NCBI GenBank assembly: GCA_018820085.1
Contig: JAHJOV010000034.1
Span: 1-63,776 of the forward strand
Source of the DNA: Patescibacteria group bacterium
GTDB lineage: Bacteria > Patescibacteriota > Minisyncoccia > Portnoybacterales > UBA2143
Length of the DNA stretch: 63,776 nt
Direction of reading: 5' to 3'
This document shows positions 1-8,034 of the stretch, piece by piece; within the stretch, counting starts at the first letter, position 1, and every line of letters starts with the position of its first letter. Below the pieces are notes generated by a model, which was not told the origin of the DNA, did no database searches, and was given only the letters and a program-made list of their open reading frames with translations. The position numbers and the translations under genes are program-made.

Positions 1-1122
1 ATCTGTCGCTGTGCCCTTAATTAGAATAATGGCTTTGGTTTTTTTTCTAATTACTTTAACTACTTCTTTATAATCTAATTCCTTGTCATTTCCTCCAGCG
101 ATAAGAATAACCTTTTTGTTAAAAGAATTAAGAGCAACCATGAGAGCATCAGGCGTGGTTGAATTAGTATCATTGTAGTAATCAACTTCTTTAAAGGTTC
201 TAACAAATTCCAATCGACCAGGCATACCTAAATATGTTTTTAATTCTTTTTTAATAACTAACTTATTAATCCCTAAGATTTTTAAAACTTCTACCGCTAA
301 ATTAATATTATTCTGATTATGCTGACCAAGTAATTTTGTCTCCCATTTATTATCAGATATCTTAATAATCTTACTCTTAATTTTACTTTTAAATCTTTTT
401 CTAATCTCCTGATTAGCTTGTTGACTAATAATTAAATAATCATCCTTGCTTTGATATTTAAAAATATTAGCTTTGTCATCAAAATATCTATTCATGCTAT
501 TACGATAATAGTTCATATGATCAGATAAAAAGTTAGTAAAAACAGCAATATGAGGACTAATTTTTGAATCACCAAATCCTTGCATCTGCCAAGAATCAAG
601 TTCCATAACAACAATATCTCGTTCTTTAACTTTATTCAAAAAAGGTAAAGTAGCTATCCCCTTAATATTACCACCTAAAAAAACATCTCCTTTCTTGTAA
701 TGTTTTTTAAGAATTTGATAAACAATATCTGTGACAGTTGATTTACCTCGAGTACCGGTAATACCAATTATTTTAACCGGAGCTAATTTAGCAAATAAAG
801 AAGCATCCATTTCTATAGAAATCTTATTTTTCTTTGCTTCTTTAATATATTTAGAATCAAACGGAACACCAGCTGATTTAATAATTAAATCTCTATTTTC
901 AAAATCAGCTAAACGATGTTGACCCAAAACATATTTAACGCCTTTAAACTTACTAAGTTTCTTTAAAGAATCAGTCAATTCTCTTTTGGTTTTTAAATCA
1001 GTAATAGTTAATTGAGCACCCTGCTCAATTAAAAATCGGGCCACCCCCAAACCGCGACCCAAAAGACCTAAACCCATAAGGGTAATTTTCTTGCCTTGAA
1101 AATGGCTGAAATAGTTAATCAT
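1..1122 (-). CDS. murD: UDP-N-acetylmuramoylalanine--D-glutamate ligase MurD (3' end cut by window edge)
   Basis: Not in ORF track (no stop inside window). Minus-strand translation from ATG at 1122-1120 gives MINYFSHFQGKKITLMGLGLLGRGLGVARFL...IIGITGTRGKSTV...YYNDTNSTTPDA...ILIAGGNDK. This shows the Rossmann N-domain, Mur-ligase P-loop and MurD-type C-domain motifs. Confidence 0.85.
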   Translation of the reverse strand, partial: MINYFSHFQGKKITLMGLGLLGRGLGVARFLIEQGAQLTITDLKTKRELTDSLKKLSKFKGVKYVLGQHRLADFENRDLIIKSAGVPFDSKYIKEAKKNKISIEMDASLFAKLAPVKIIGITGTRGKSTVTDIVYQILKKHYKKGDVFLGGNIKGIATLPFLNKVKERDIVVMELDSWQMQGFGDSKISPHIAVFTNFLSDHMNYYRNSMNRYFDDKANIFKYQSKDDYLIISQQANQEIRKRFKSKIKSKIIKISDNKWETKLLGQHNQNNINLAVEVLKILGINKLVIKKELKTYLGMPGRLEFVRTFKEVDYYNDTNSTTPDALMVALNSFNKKVILIAGGNDKELDYKEVVKVIRKKTKAIILIKGTATD

Positions 1123-1212
1123 CTCTTGACTCTATCATAAAATACCAAAACTGCCAATTAATTAACGACTCTGGATTTTTTTAAAGTTTCCTGTTAGGAT
1201 ACAATTAGTTGC

Positions 1213-1286
1213 GGGCGGTTAACTCAGCTGGCCAGAGTGTCTCGTTTACACCGAGAAAGTCGGGAGTTCGAATCCCTCACCGCCCA
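1213..1286 (+). tRNA. tRNA-Val (anticodon TAC)
   Basis: Hand-folded cloverleaf: acceptor GGGCGGT/ACCGCCC, anticodon loop TTTACAC, T-arm GGGAG-TTCGAAT-CCCTC. No encoded CCA. Confidence 0.9.
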
Positions 1287-1362
1287 CTAAATATTTATCT
1301 AAATCTCTGATTTAGTGATAAATATTAGTCCCGACTTTATGTCGGGACCAAACACCGTGCAT

Positions 1363-1452
<90 letters not shown>

Positions 1453-1544
1453 CGTAAGAAATTGTTTTGCAATTTCAACGTGGCTGTCACGTTTAAATTT
1501 TTATTAAAATTTATTACGCGACGCCATAATCATAGTAATTTATA

Positions 1545-2036
1545 ATGTTAAACACTTTAATTCAAAATCCTATATATCTTATCTCTCTATCTATTTTAAT
1601 CCTCTTAATTATCTGGAATGTTTTTCTTCATCTCCAGCTTTCTCAAATTAAAAAAAGATTAAAAGTATTTTTCAATGGTAAAAAAGCGACTGATTTAGAA
1701 GGCGTCCTATTTGAAGAAATTAAAAGATTAAAAAAAGCTGAAACAGATATTCAGGAACTTTTTAATTCAGCAAGATTTTTAAAAAAAATGGCTAATCAAA
1801 GTATCCAAAAAGTTAGTATTGTTCGTTTTAATCCTTTTAAAGAAACAGGTGGCGACCAAAGCTTTGCCATTGCTCTACTTGATCTTCATGATAACGGCCT
1901 GGTCATCTCTAGTTTATTTACCCGCGATGGAAATAGGATATATTCTAAACCGATTAAATCTGGCCAATCAACTTATCCTCTATCCAAAGAAGAATTAGAA
2001 GCCCTAAAAAAAGCCGGAGCCAAGATTAAAAAATAA
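1545..2036 (+). CDS. DUF4446-like membrane-anchored protein
   Basis: 163 aa with an N-terminal TM helix. The core VSIVRFNPFKETGGDQSFAIALLD...GLVISSLF matches my recollection of DUF4446. No database check was possible. Confidence 0.55.
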   Translation: MLNTLIQNPIYLISLSILILLIIWNVFLHLQLSQIKKRLKVFFNGKKATDLEGVLFEEIKRLKKAETDIQELFNSARFLKKMANQSIQKVSIVRFNPFKETGGDQSFAIALLDLHDNGLVISSLFTRDGNRIYSKPIKSGQSTYPLSKEELEALKKAGAKIKK

Positions 2037-2056
2037 CTAAAATCTAACGACTAAAA

Positions 2057-2085
2057 AACAACTATCTCTGGTTGTTTTTAGTTTT
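2057..2085 (+). terminator. Rho-independent terminator after DUF4446 gene
   Basis: Stem AACAAC(2057-2062)/GTTGTT(2071-2076), 8-nt loop, followed by a T-run. Confidence 0.55.
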
Positions 2086-2125
2086 ATTTGACCAAAACCC
2101 TTAAAAATGGTATTTTAAGCCATAT

Positions 2126-3637
2126 ATGGCTAAGAAAAAGGAACAAAAAAAGAAGCTTCAAACCAGACCACCTGTCGTGGTCATTTTGGGTCATGTTGAT
2201 CACGGAAAAACTTCAATTCTTGATTATATCCGTAAATCTAAAGTCGCCGAGAAAGAATCTGGCGGCATTACTCAACATATTGGCGCTTATCAAGTTGAAC
2301 ATCAAGATAAATTGATTACCTTCATTGATACGCCAGGTCATGAGGCCTTTTCAGCTATGCGTTCAAGAGGAGCTAAAATAGCAGATATTGCTATTCTAGT
2401 TGTAGCCGCTGAAGAAGGAATTAAACCTCAAACTAAGGAAGCTATTCAACATATTAAAAAAACAGGTATTCCTGCTATTGTCGCTATTAACAAAATAGAT
2501 AAAAAAGAGGCCCAGCCAGAAAAAGTTAAGGGAGAATTAGCTAAACAGGATATCCTTGTTGAATCTTTTAATGGTTCTGTCCCTTCAATTAACGTCTCAG
2601 CTAAAACCGGCCAAGGTATTGATAATCTCTTGGAAATGATTAATTTAGTCTCTGAAATGGAAGAATTAAAAGATGATCCTAATCAACCCACTTCAGGAGC
2701 AATTGTTGAATCAAATTGTAATAGTCAACGAGGTAATACAGCTACTCTTCTAGTTAGAGAAGGAATTTTAACTAATAAAGACATTATTGGCACTGATTCA
2801 GCTTTTGGCAAAGTTAAAATTATGGAAGACTTTCAAGGTAAGCCGATTAAAGAAGCGACTGCTTCAACACCGGCTGTGGTAACTGGATTTAATCAAGTTC
2901 CTCAGGTTGGAGAGAAATTCTATATTTTCGATAATTTAAATGAAGCCCAAGCTAGAGTTAATCGAAAATCAGCTAAAAGACAACCCGAAGACAATAAAGA
3001 AGTTCTTGTCTTTGAAGCAAATAAAAAAATATTGAATATAATTCTAAAATGCGATGTTTATGGTTGCTTAGAAGCAATTAAAGAATCACTTAGAAGTATT
3101 CCCAGTGAAGAAGTAGCTATTAGAATTCTTAAGGCTGATGCCGGTGAGATTAATGAATCAGATATTAAATTAGCTGAATCAGCTAAAGCTAAAATAATCA
3201 GTTTCCGGAACAAGACCAGTTCCGCCATTCAAAGACTAGCTAATCAAAAAAAAGTAAAGATTATTACTTTTGATATTATTTACGAATTAATTCAAGCTGT
3301 TAGAGAGTTACTTTCTAAACTTTTAGAACCAGAGATTACCAGAAATGTTATTGGTCAATTAAAAGTTTTAGCCGTTTTCCGAACCGAAAAAGATAAACAG
3401 ATTATTGGGGGCAAGGTAACTAATGGACAAGCCAAACAAGGTATTCAAACTGATATTATTAGGGGAACCACAAAAATAGGCAAAGGTAGAATTGCTCAAC
3501 TTCAAAGAGACAAAAAAGAGATTGATGAAGTTAATAAAGGTCAAGAATGTGGTATTCAATTCAGAGGTGATACAATTATTGAAGAAGGAGATATTTTAGA
3601 ATTCTATCAAGAAGAAAGAAAAAAGAAAGAAATTTAA
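2126..3637 (+). CDS. infB: Translation initiation factor IF-2 (short form)
   Basis: G-domain motifs GHVDHGKT, DTPGHEAF, NKID. At 503 aa it lacks the long N-terminal extension of E. coli-type IF-2. It is followed by rbfA. Confidence 0.95.
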   Translation: MAKKKEQKKKLQTRPPVVVILGHVDHGKTSILDYIRKSKVAEKESGGITQHIGAYQVEHQDKLITFIDTPGHEAFSAMRSRGAKIADIAILVVAAEEGIKPQTKEAIQHIKKTGIPAIVAINKIDKKEAQPEKVKGELAKQDILVESFNGSVPSINVSAKTGQGIDNLLEMINLVSEMEELKDDPNQPTSGAIVESNCNSQRGNTATLLVREGILTNKDIIGTDSAFGKVKIMEDFQGKPIKEATASTPAVVTGFNQVPQVGEKFYIFDNLNEAQARVNRKSAKRQPEDNKEVLVFEANKKILNIILKCDVYGCLEAIKESLRSIPSEEVAIRILKADAGEINESDIKLAESAKAKIISFRNKTSSAIQRLANQKKVKIITFDIIYELIQAVRELLSKLLEPEITRNVIGQLKVLAVFRTEKDKQIIGGKVTNGQAKQGIQTDIIRGTTKIGKGRIAQLQRDKKEIDEVNKGQECGIQFRGDTIIEEGDILEFYQEERKKKEI

Positions 3638-3639
3638 CA

Positions 3640-3963
3640 ATGTCTCAACGAATTCAACGAGTTAATGAATTACTCAAACAAGAAATTAGTCAATTACTTT
3701 TAAAAGAGATTGATTTTGATGATGTCTTGGTAACAATTACTAATGTTGATACTTCACCTGATTTAAAAAACTGCAAAGTTAAAATTAGTGTCATCCCAAC
3801 AGAAAAAAATAAACTAGCTCTTGAAATAATTGAAAAAAATATTTATCATCTTCAACAAGCGCTTAACAAAAGAATACGCTTAAAATTCACCCCTAAGATT
3901 AGTTTTGAAATAGACCAAATTGAAGCCAAGGCTCAAAGGATTGAAGAAATTTTAAGTCAATGA
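3640..3963 (+). CDS. rbfA: Ribosome-binding factor A
   Basis: 107 aa, starts 3 nt after infB stop (conserved infB-rbfA synteny). N-terminus RVNELLKQEISQLL is typical of RbfA. Confidence 0.85.
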   Translation: MSQRIQRVNELLKQEISQLLLKEIDFDDVLVTITNVDTSPDLKNCKVKISVIPTEKNKLALEIIEKNIYHLQQALNKRIRLKFTPKISFEIDQIEAKAQRIEEILSQ

Positions 3964-3977
3964 TAGGATAAGAATAA

Positions 3978-4048
3978 GGTCACGTGTCCGAGTGGTTAGG
4001 AAACGGTCTGCAAAACCGTCTACACCGGTTCGAATCCGGTCGTGACCT
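3978..4048 (+). tRNA. tRNA-Cys (anticodon GCA)
   Basis: Acceptor GGTCACG/CGTGACC, anticodon stem ACGGT/ACCGT with loop CTGCAAA, T-arm ACCGG-TTCGAAT-CCGGT, discriminator U. Confidence 0.9.
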
Positions 4049-4066
4049 CAAGTTTGACAAAATACT

Positions 4067-4149
4067 GCCGAGGTGGTGAAATGGCAAACACGCATGACTT
4101 AAAATCATGTGGGCGCAAGCCCTTGAGGGTTCGAGTCCCTCTCTCGGCA
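4067..4149 (+). tRNA. tRNA-Leu (anticodon TAA)
   Basis: Acceptor GCCGAGG/TCTCGGC (one G-U), anticodon stem CATGA/TCATG with loop CTTAAAA, long variable arm, T-arm GAGGG-TTCGAGT-CCCTC. Confidence 0.9.
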
Positions 4150-4154
4150 CAATA

Positions 4155-4184
4155 TAAAAAAGACCCGATGTTGGGTCTCTTTTA
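4155..4184. terminator. Bidirectional hairpin terminator (tRNA cluster / 3D-domain gene)
   Basis: A-run, then stem AGACCC(4161-4166)/GGGTCT(4173-4178), then T-run. Sits between convergent transcription units. Confidence 0.7.
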
Positions 4185-4655
4185 TATTTTCAGAACTTCA
4201 ACTTTAAGTTGTCTAACTCCAAACTGGATGGCTTCCCCACGAGAGGTAAACCAAATATCTATCTTATGACTATTCTTAAGGGCCATTCGGTCCTTAACAA
4301 CGAATATCTTATCTCCATAGATATCAGGGAATCTAACCCTGGTCCCAAACCTCAAAAAGTTACAAGCAACTGTCCCATCATTAACACGAGATCCAGAAGC
4401 AGTAATAAACGGAGTTGAGTCAGTCTGGTCTTCTGTACTAGAATATCCAGTCACAATCACCCAACGTTGATTAATAACTACAGGTGTATCAGGATTAGTC
4501 GATTGAACCAAAGCTTGACCATGGATAGTAGTAAGTTGCTCAACAGGTTTTAATTGATCTAAATCAACTTCAACCTGAGGTTGAGATATAAACAGATTGG
4601 AAATTAAACTAACTAAAGCTAAAGATGCTGAAATCTTAGGATTAGTTATAAACAT
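4182..4655 (-). CDS. 3D-domain (MltA/RlpA-like double-psi beta-barrel) secreted protein
   Basis: 157 aa with an N-terminal signal-like hydrophobic segment. C-terminal VIVTGYSSTEDQTDSTPFITASGSRV...DGTVAC...DRMALKNSHKIDIW resembles the 3D domain. Confidence 0.6.
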   Translation of the reverse strand: MFITNPKISASLALVSLISNLFISQPQVEVDLDQLKPVEQLTTIHGQALVQSTNPDTPVVINQRWVIVTGYSSTEDQTDSTPFITASGSRVNDGTVACNFLRFGTRVRFPDIYGDKIFVVKDRMALKNSHKIDIWFTSRGEAIQFGVRQLKVEVLKI

Positions 4656-4699
4656 ATTTTTTTGTCAAATTAAAAAACCCCGCTTTGGGATTTGTCTAC

Positions 4700-4728
4700 A
4701 TACTAACATATCCAATCCATTTTGTCAA
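4700..4728 (-). promoter_or_regulatory. Sigma70-like promoter for 3D-domain gene
   Basis: Minus strand TTGACA (4728-4723), 17 nt spacer, TAGTAT (4705-4700). Confidence 0.5.
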
Positions 4729-4752
4729 GGGTTTTTGGGCGTTTTTAATATC

Positions 4753-4827
4753 TGGAGCGGGTAGAGGGAGTCAAACCCTCATTATCTGATTGGCAACCAG
4801 ATGTAATAATCGCTATACGATACCCGC
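4753..4827 (-). tRNA. tRNA-Gly (anticodon GCC)
   Basis: Reverse complement folds: acceptor GCGGGTA/TACCCGC, anticodon loop TTGCCAA, T-arm GAGGG-TTTGACT-CCCTC, CCA encoded. Confidence 0.85.
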
Positions 4828-4828
4828 G

Positions 4829-4903
4829 TGGTGCCGAGGGTGGGGGTCGAACCCACTACCTCTTCCTTTTCAGGGAAGCACTCTACCGTTGAGTTACCTC
4901 GGC
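4829..4903 (-). tRNA. tRNA-Phe (anticodon GAA)
   Basis: Acceptor GCCGAGG/CCTCGGC, anticodon stem CTTCC/GGAAG with loop CTGAAAA, T-arm GTGGG-TTCGACC-CCCAC, CCA encoded. Confidence 0.9.
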
Positions 4904-4918
4904 ATAAATTTAATTGTG

Positions 4919-4990
4919 TGGACCCAGAGAGATTCGAACTCTCGACCTCCTGGCTGCCAGCCAGATGCGCTACCGCTGCGCTATGGGCCC
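4919..4990 (-). tRNA. tRNA-Ala (anticodon GGC)
   Basis: Acceptor GGGCCCA/TGGGTCC with the G3-U70 Ala identity pair, anticodon loop CTGGCAG, T-arm GAGAG-TTCGAAT-CTCTC. No CCA. Confidence 0.9.
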
Positions 4991-5009
4991 TTTTATAGCT
5001 TTAACCGAG

Positions 5010-5083
5010 TACCCTCGGCAGGAATTGAACCTGCGAACCTGCGCGTTAGGAGTGCGCTGCTCTATCCTCTGAGCTACGAGGGC
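5010..5083 (-). tRNA. tRNA-Arg (anticodon CCT), slightly non-canonical
   Basis: Acceptor GCCCTCG/CGAGGGT (G1-U72), anticodon loop CTCCTAA, T-arm GCAGG-TTCAATT-CCTGC. My fold needs an A31-C39 mismatch and a 6-nt variable loop. Confidence 0.7.
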
Positions 5084-5102
5084 AGTTTTCCCCACATTCC
5101 TT

Positions 5103-5131
5103 ATCTTATCTTATTGACTATTCCAAGTCAA
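5103..5131 (-). promoter_or_regulatory. Sigma70-like promoter for the four-tRNA operon
   Basis: Minus strand TTGACT (5131-5126), 17 nt spacer, TAAGAT (5108-5103), about 20 nt upstream of tRNA-Arg. Confidence 0.5.
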
Positions 5132-5142
5132 TGGAATATACT
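5114..5142 (+). promoter_or_regulatory. Sigma70-like promoter for htrA
   Basis: TTGACT (5114-5119), 17 nt spacer, TATACT (5137-5142). The ATG is at 5164, preceded by AAAGGAAAC. Confidence 0.5.
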
Positions 5143-5163
5143 TGAATCAAAGGAAACAAATTC

Positions 5164-6231
5164 ATGCAAAAATCACCTCTTATAAACGTTATTAAAAAAG
5201 TTGGTCCTGCTGTTGTCAGTATTATTATCAGCAAAGATTTACCTAAAATCAGAAAATATTACGTTCAACCTTTTGATGAATATCTTGGTCCTTACGGTCC
5301 CCCTATCACTCAATACCGCCAAGAAGGAAAGCAGAAAATTAAGATTGGCGGTGGAAGTGGTTTTTTTGTTTCTTCAGATGGAATTATTGTAACTAATCGA
5401 CATGTCGTTGTTTCCCCTGATGTTGAATACACTATTATAACCCCTGATGAAAAAGAATACCAAGCAGAAATTCTGGCTCGCGATCCTGTTCAAGACGTAG
5501 CTATTTTAAAAATTAAAGACGCTAAAAAAAGAAAATTTCCTATTTTAGAATTAGGCGATTCCAGCAAAGTAGAATTAGGCGAAGACGTTATAGCTATTGG
5601 CAATCCTTTAGGATCTTTTCCTAACACTGTTTCGCGAGGAGTAATTTCCGGCTTAAGTCGTCTAATAACAGCTCATGATGGTGTTTCTGGACGAACAGCT
5701 GAATTAAGAGGACTAATTCAAACTGATGCCGCTATTAACCCCGGAAATTCGGGAGGACCTCTTTTAACGCTTGACGGCAAAGTTATTGCTATTAATGTTG
5801 CTATTGTTATGGGCGCTCAAAATATGGGTTTTGCTATCCCAATTAACAATGCTAAAAAAGACTTAGAAGATCTTAAAAAACACGGCCGGATTATTCAACC
5901 ATTCTTAGGTGTTCGATATATTTTAATTAACAAAGAACTTCAAAAAGAATTTGCCACTCGACTTAATCTTCGTTTACCGGTTGATCATGGAGCTTTAATT
6001 ATCCGAGAACCAGGCGCTGGCGATTCAGCTGTTGTTTCCGGCAGTCCGGCAGATAAAGCTGGATTAAGAGAACATGATATTATCTTAGAATTCGGCAAGA
6101 AAAAAATTAATCATAAAAACCCTCTTCAAGAAATGATTCACAAGCAAAAACCTGGTAGTATTATTGAAATTAAGATTCTCCGTGATGACAAAATTGGAAC
6201 TACTTCAATAAAACTTGAAGAAAGAAAATAA
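5164..6231 (+). CDS. htrA: HtrA/DegP-family serine protease with PDZ domain
   Basis: Trypsin-like triad context TNRHVV, D(V)AILKI, GNSGGPL. C-terminal PDZ-like segment GSPADKAGLREHDIILE. Confidence 0.9.
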   Translation: MQKSPLINVIKKVGPAVVSIIISKDLPKIRKYYVQPFDEYLGPYGPPITQYRQEGKQKIKIGGGSGFFVSSDGIIVTNRHVVVSPDVEYTIITPDEKEYQAEILARDPVQDVAILKIKDAKKRKFPILELGDSSKVELGEDVIAIGNPLGSFPNTVSRGVISGLSRLITAHDGVSGRTAELRGLIQTDAAINPGNSGGPLLTLDGKVIAINVAIVMGAQNMGFAIPINNAKKDLEDLKKHGRIIQPFLGVRYILINKELQKEFATRLNLRLPVDHGALIIREPGAGDSAVVSGSPADKAGLREHDIILEFGKKKINHKNPLQEMIHKQKPGSIIEIKILRDDKIGTTSIKLEERK

Positions 6232-6275
6232 TTTAAATTTTGATAGAGTGAGGAACGAACCTCTGCCTGAGAACT

Positions 6276-6310
6276 AAAAAACCCCTTCGGTCTACCGAAG
6301 GGGTTTTTTA
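6276..6310. terminator. Bidirectional hairpin terminator
   Basis: AAAAA-ACCCCTTCGG-TCTA-CCGAAGGGGT-TTTTT between convergent htrA and the M50 protease gene. Confidence 0.8.
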
Positions 6311-6325
6311 TACCTTAAGACATTC

Positions 6326-6952
6326 CTAACCAACAATCAATCTAAAAATTCCTAAAACTATTGGTAAAATCCATTGGAAAGCAAAGAAGATGAAAAAGAG
6401 TAAGATAAACATACCATACTGCTCCAAAAAAATCCTTAAATTATCTAAAGAACGAGGTAAAAAGGTAAAAAGAATCTTAGAACCATCTAAAGGAGGTAAG
6501 GGAACTAGATTAAAAATTGCTAAAAGAATATTTAAAAATACAATTAAGCCAAAAATTTGAACTAAACCAGTACTAATTAATATATCTATAGGTATAAAAC
6601 GTAGGCTGAGGCCAAAAATTAAAGCGATTAGCAAATTAGCAGCTGGACCAGCAAAAGCAACTTTAGCTTCTCCATATTTTTGATCTTTAAGATTATATGG
6701 ATTATATGGAACAGGTTTAGCCCAACCAAAAACCATCGTTCCACTAGAAAAAAAGTAAAGCATCATAGGAACCATAAAAGAACCCCAGAAATCTAAGTGT
6801 TTAATAGGGTTTAAAGTTAATCGGCCAGAATATTTTGCCGTCGAATCACCTAAACGAAAAGCCATCCAGCCATGAGCAAATTCATGAATGACTACTGACA
6901 TTAGAAAAATGGCTAACTGAAAAATTAAAATAACAATATTAGAACTGTCCAT
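6326..6952 (-). CDS. Site-2 protease family (peptidase M50) membrane metalloprotease
   Basis: HEFAHG zinc motif in the first TM region, multiple TM helices, and an LPPLDGS motif. Confidence 0.8.
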   Translation of the reverse strand: MDSSNIVILIFQLAIFLMSVVIHEFAHGWMAFRLGDSTAKYSGRLTLNPIKHLDFWGSFMVPMMLYFFSSGTMVFGWAKPVPYNPYNLKDQKYGEAKVAFAGPAANLLIALIFGLSLRFIPIDILISTGLVQIFGLIVFLNILLAIFNLVPLPPLDGSKILFTFLPRSLDNLRIFLEQYGMFILLFFIFFAFQWILPIVLGIFRLIVG

Positions 6953-6996
6953 GAGACTTGATAACTTATATATTTAATGATAGAATACGAACTAAT

Positions 6997-7185
6997 ATGT
7001 CTAGAAGATGTTCAATTTGCGGTAAAAAATCAATGATAGCGGTTATTAGAAAGAAGCTTCGTGGTAAGTATAACCCAACCGGAAAAAAAAGAAAATACCC
7101 CAATTTACAATTGGCTACTCTTGCTAATGGTAAAAAAGTTAAGGCCTGCACTAAATGTATCAAGACAATGAGTAAGAGTAAATAA
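6997..7185 (+). CDS. rpmB: 50S ribosomal protein L28
   Basis: ORF-track start trimmed to ATG 6997: MSRRCSICGKKSMIAVIRKKLRGKYNPTGKKRKYPNLQ... This is the L28-type basic small protein. Confidence 0.8.
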   Translation: MSRRCSICGKKSMIAVIRKKLRGKYNPTGKKRKYPNLQLATLANGKKVKACTKCIKTMSKSK

Positions 7186-7213
7186 ACTATCTGATTTAAT
7201 ACTTGTTTAAATG

Positions 7214-7250
7214 AAAACGCCCAGGTGATTCAATTCACTCGAGGCGTTTT
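7214..7250. terminator. Bidirectional hairpin terminator (rpmB / Zn-finger miniprotein)
   Basis: AAAACGCC (7214-7221) pairs with GGCGTTTT (7243-7250). T-runs are available in both orientations. Confidence 0.65.
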
Positions 7251-7269
7251 TCTCAATCATATTAACCGT

Positions 7270-7371
7270 TTAACCGTGTTTTGATAAACCGCATTCATGA
7301 CATGTTTTACGAGACTTTTTGTTAGTGGCCCCGCACTTTTTACATTTCCAGCAACCCCTATTTGACATCAT
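7270..7371 (-). CDS. 33-aa zinc-ribbon miniprotein with RanBP2-type zinc-finger spacing
   Basis: Below ORF-track cutoff. Minus strand has GAGGAGGGGGG then ATG: MMSNRGCWKCKKCGATNKKSRKTCHECGLSKHG*. The pattern W-x-C-x2-C-x3-N-x6-C-x2-C is present, with a strong SD and its own terminator. Confidence 0.6.
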   Translation of the reverse strand: MMSNRGCWKCKKCGATNKKSRKTCHECGLSKHG

Positions 7372-7425
7372 CCCCCCTCCTCAATCTTTAAACAGGTTAA
7401 TAAAAAATAACTATATATTTTAAAA

Positions 7426-8034
7426 TTACTCCATTATTCCATTTAAGTCAACATCATACAATACTTCTTCCTGAACTAAACGATATTTAACAATTTCACT
7501 TGGTTTAAACCAAATCTTAATTTCTTTATTCGCTTCTTCTGAACTACCTGAGGCATGAATTAAATTTCTAACTGCTCGTCCATCAATATCAGCTAAAATA
7601 ATAGAATCAAGAGTTAAATCTCCCCTAATGGTACCAACATCTGAAGTTAATGGTTCAGTGCCACCAGTAATTTTCCGAACAATACCAACTGCTTCATTGC
7701 CTTGCCAAACCATAGCCACGACTGGCCCAGCAGATAAATATTTCTTTAAAGTTTCTAAAATTCTTAATCCACATTTTTTAGAATCGCTAAAAGGCAATTT
7801 TTTACCTCTTTTCTTATAAGAAGCAATAGATTTATTTCCAACTGCTTCCAACCAACCTTTATCCATAAGATAGTGTTGTTCAACTAATTTTGTGCTTGGC
7901 GTAAAAAATTTTAAACCAACTAATTTTAACCCAGTTCGTTCATAGCGATGAATAATCTCGCCAATTAAAGAACGCTGGACTCCATCCGGCTTAATTAAAA
8001 CTAAAGTTTTTTCTTGAGGTCTATTGTTTTTCAT
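7426..8034 (-). CDS. ndk: Nucleoside-diphosphate kinase (with internal insertion)
   Basis: LVLIKPDGVQRSLIGEII..., SGPVVAMVWQG, and catalytic-His context NLIHASGS. It is 202 aa versus about 140-150 typical. Confidence 0.85.
   Translation of the reverse strand: MKNNRPQEKTLVLIKPDGVQRSLIGEIIHRYERTGLKLVGLKFFTPSTKLVEQHYLMDKGWLEAVGNKSIASYKKRGKKLPFSDSKKCGLRILETLKKYLSAGPVVAMVWQGNEAVGIVRKITGGTEPLTSDVGTIRGDLTLDSIILADIDGRAVRNLIHASGSSEEANKEIKIWFKPSEIVKYRLVQEEVLYDVDLNGIME

Noticed and set aside
2088-2315. 75-aa ORF overlapping the infB start
   Set aside because: It is out of frame with the strongly supported IF-2 G-domain and has no independent signals.
4790-5185. 131-aa plus-strand ORF
   Set aside because: It lies exactly over four minus-strand tRNA genes (Gly, Phe, Ala, Arg) and the promoter region. 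Its Pro/Arg/Gly-rich translation is what antisense tRNA sequence produces.
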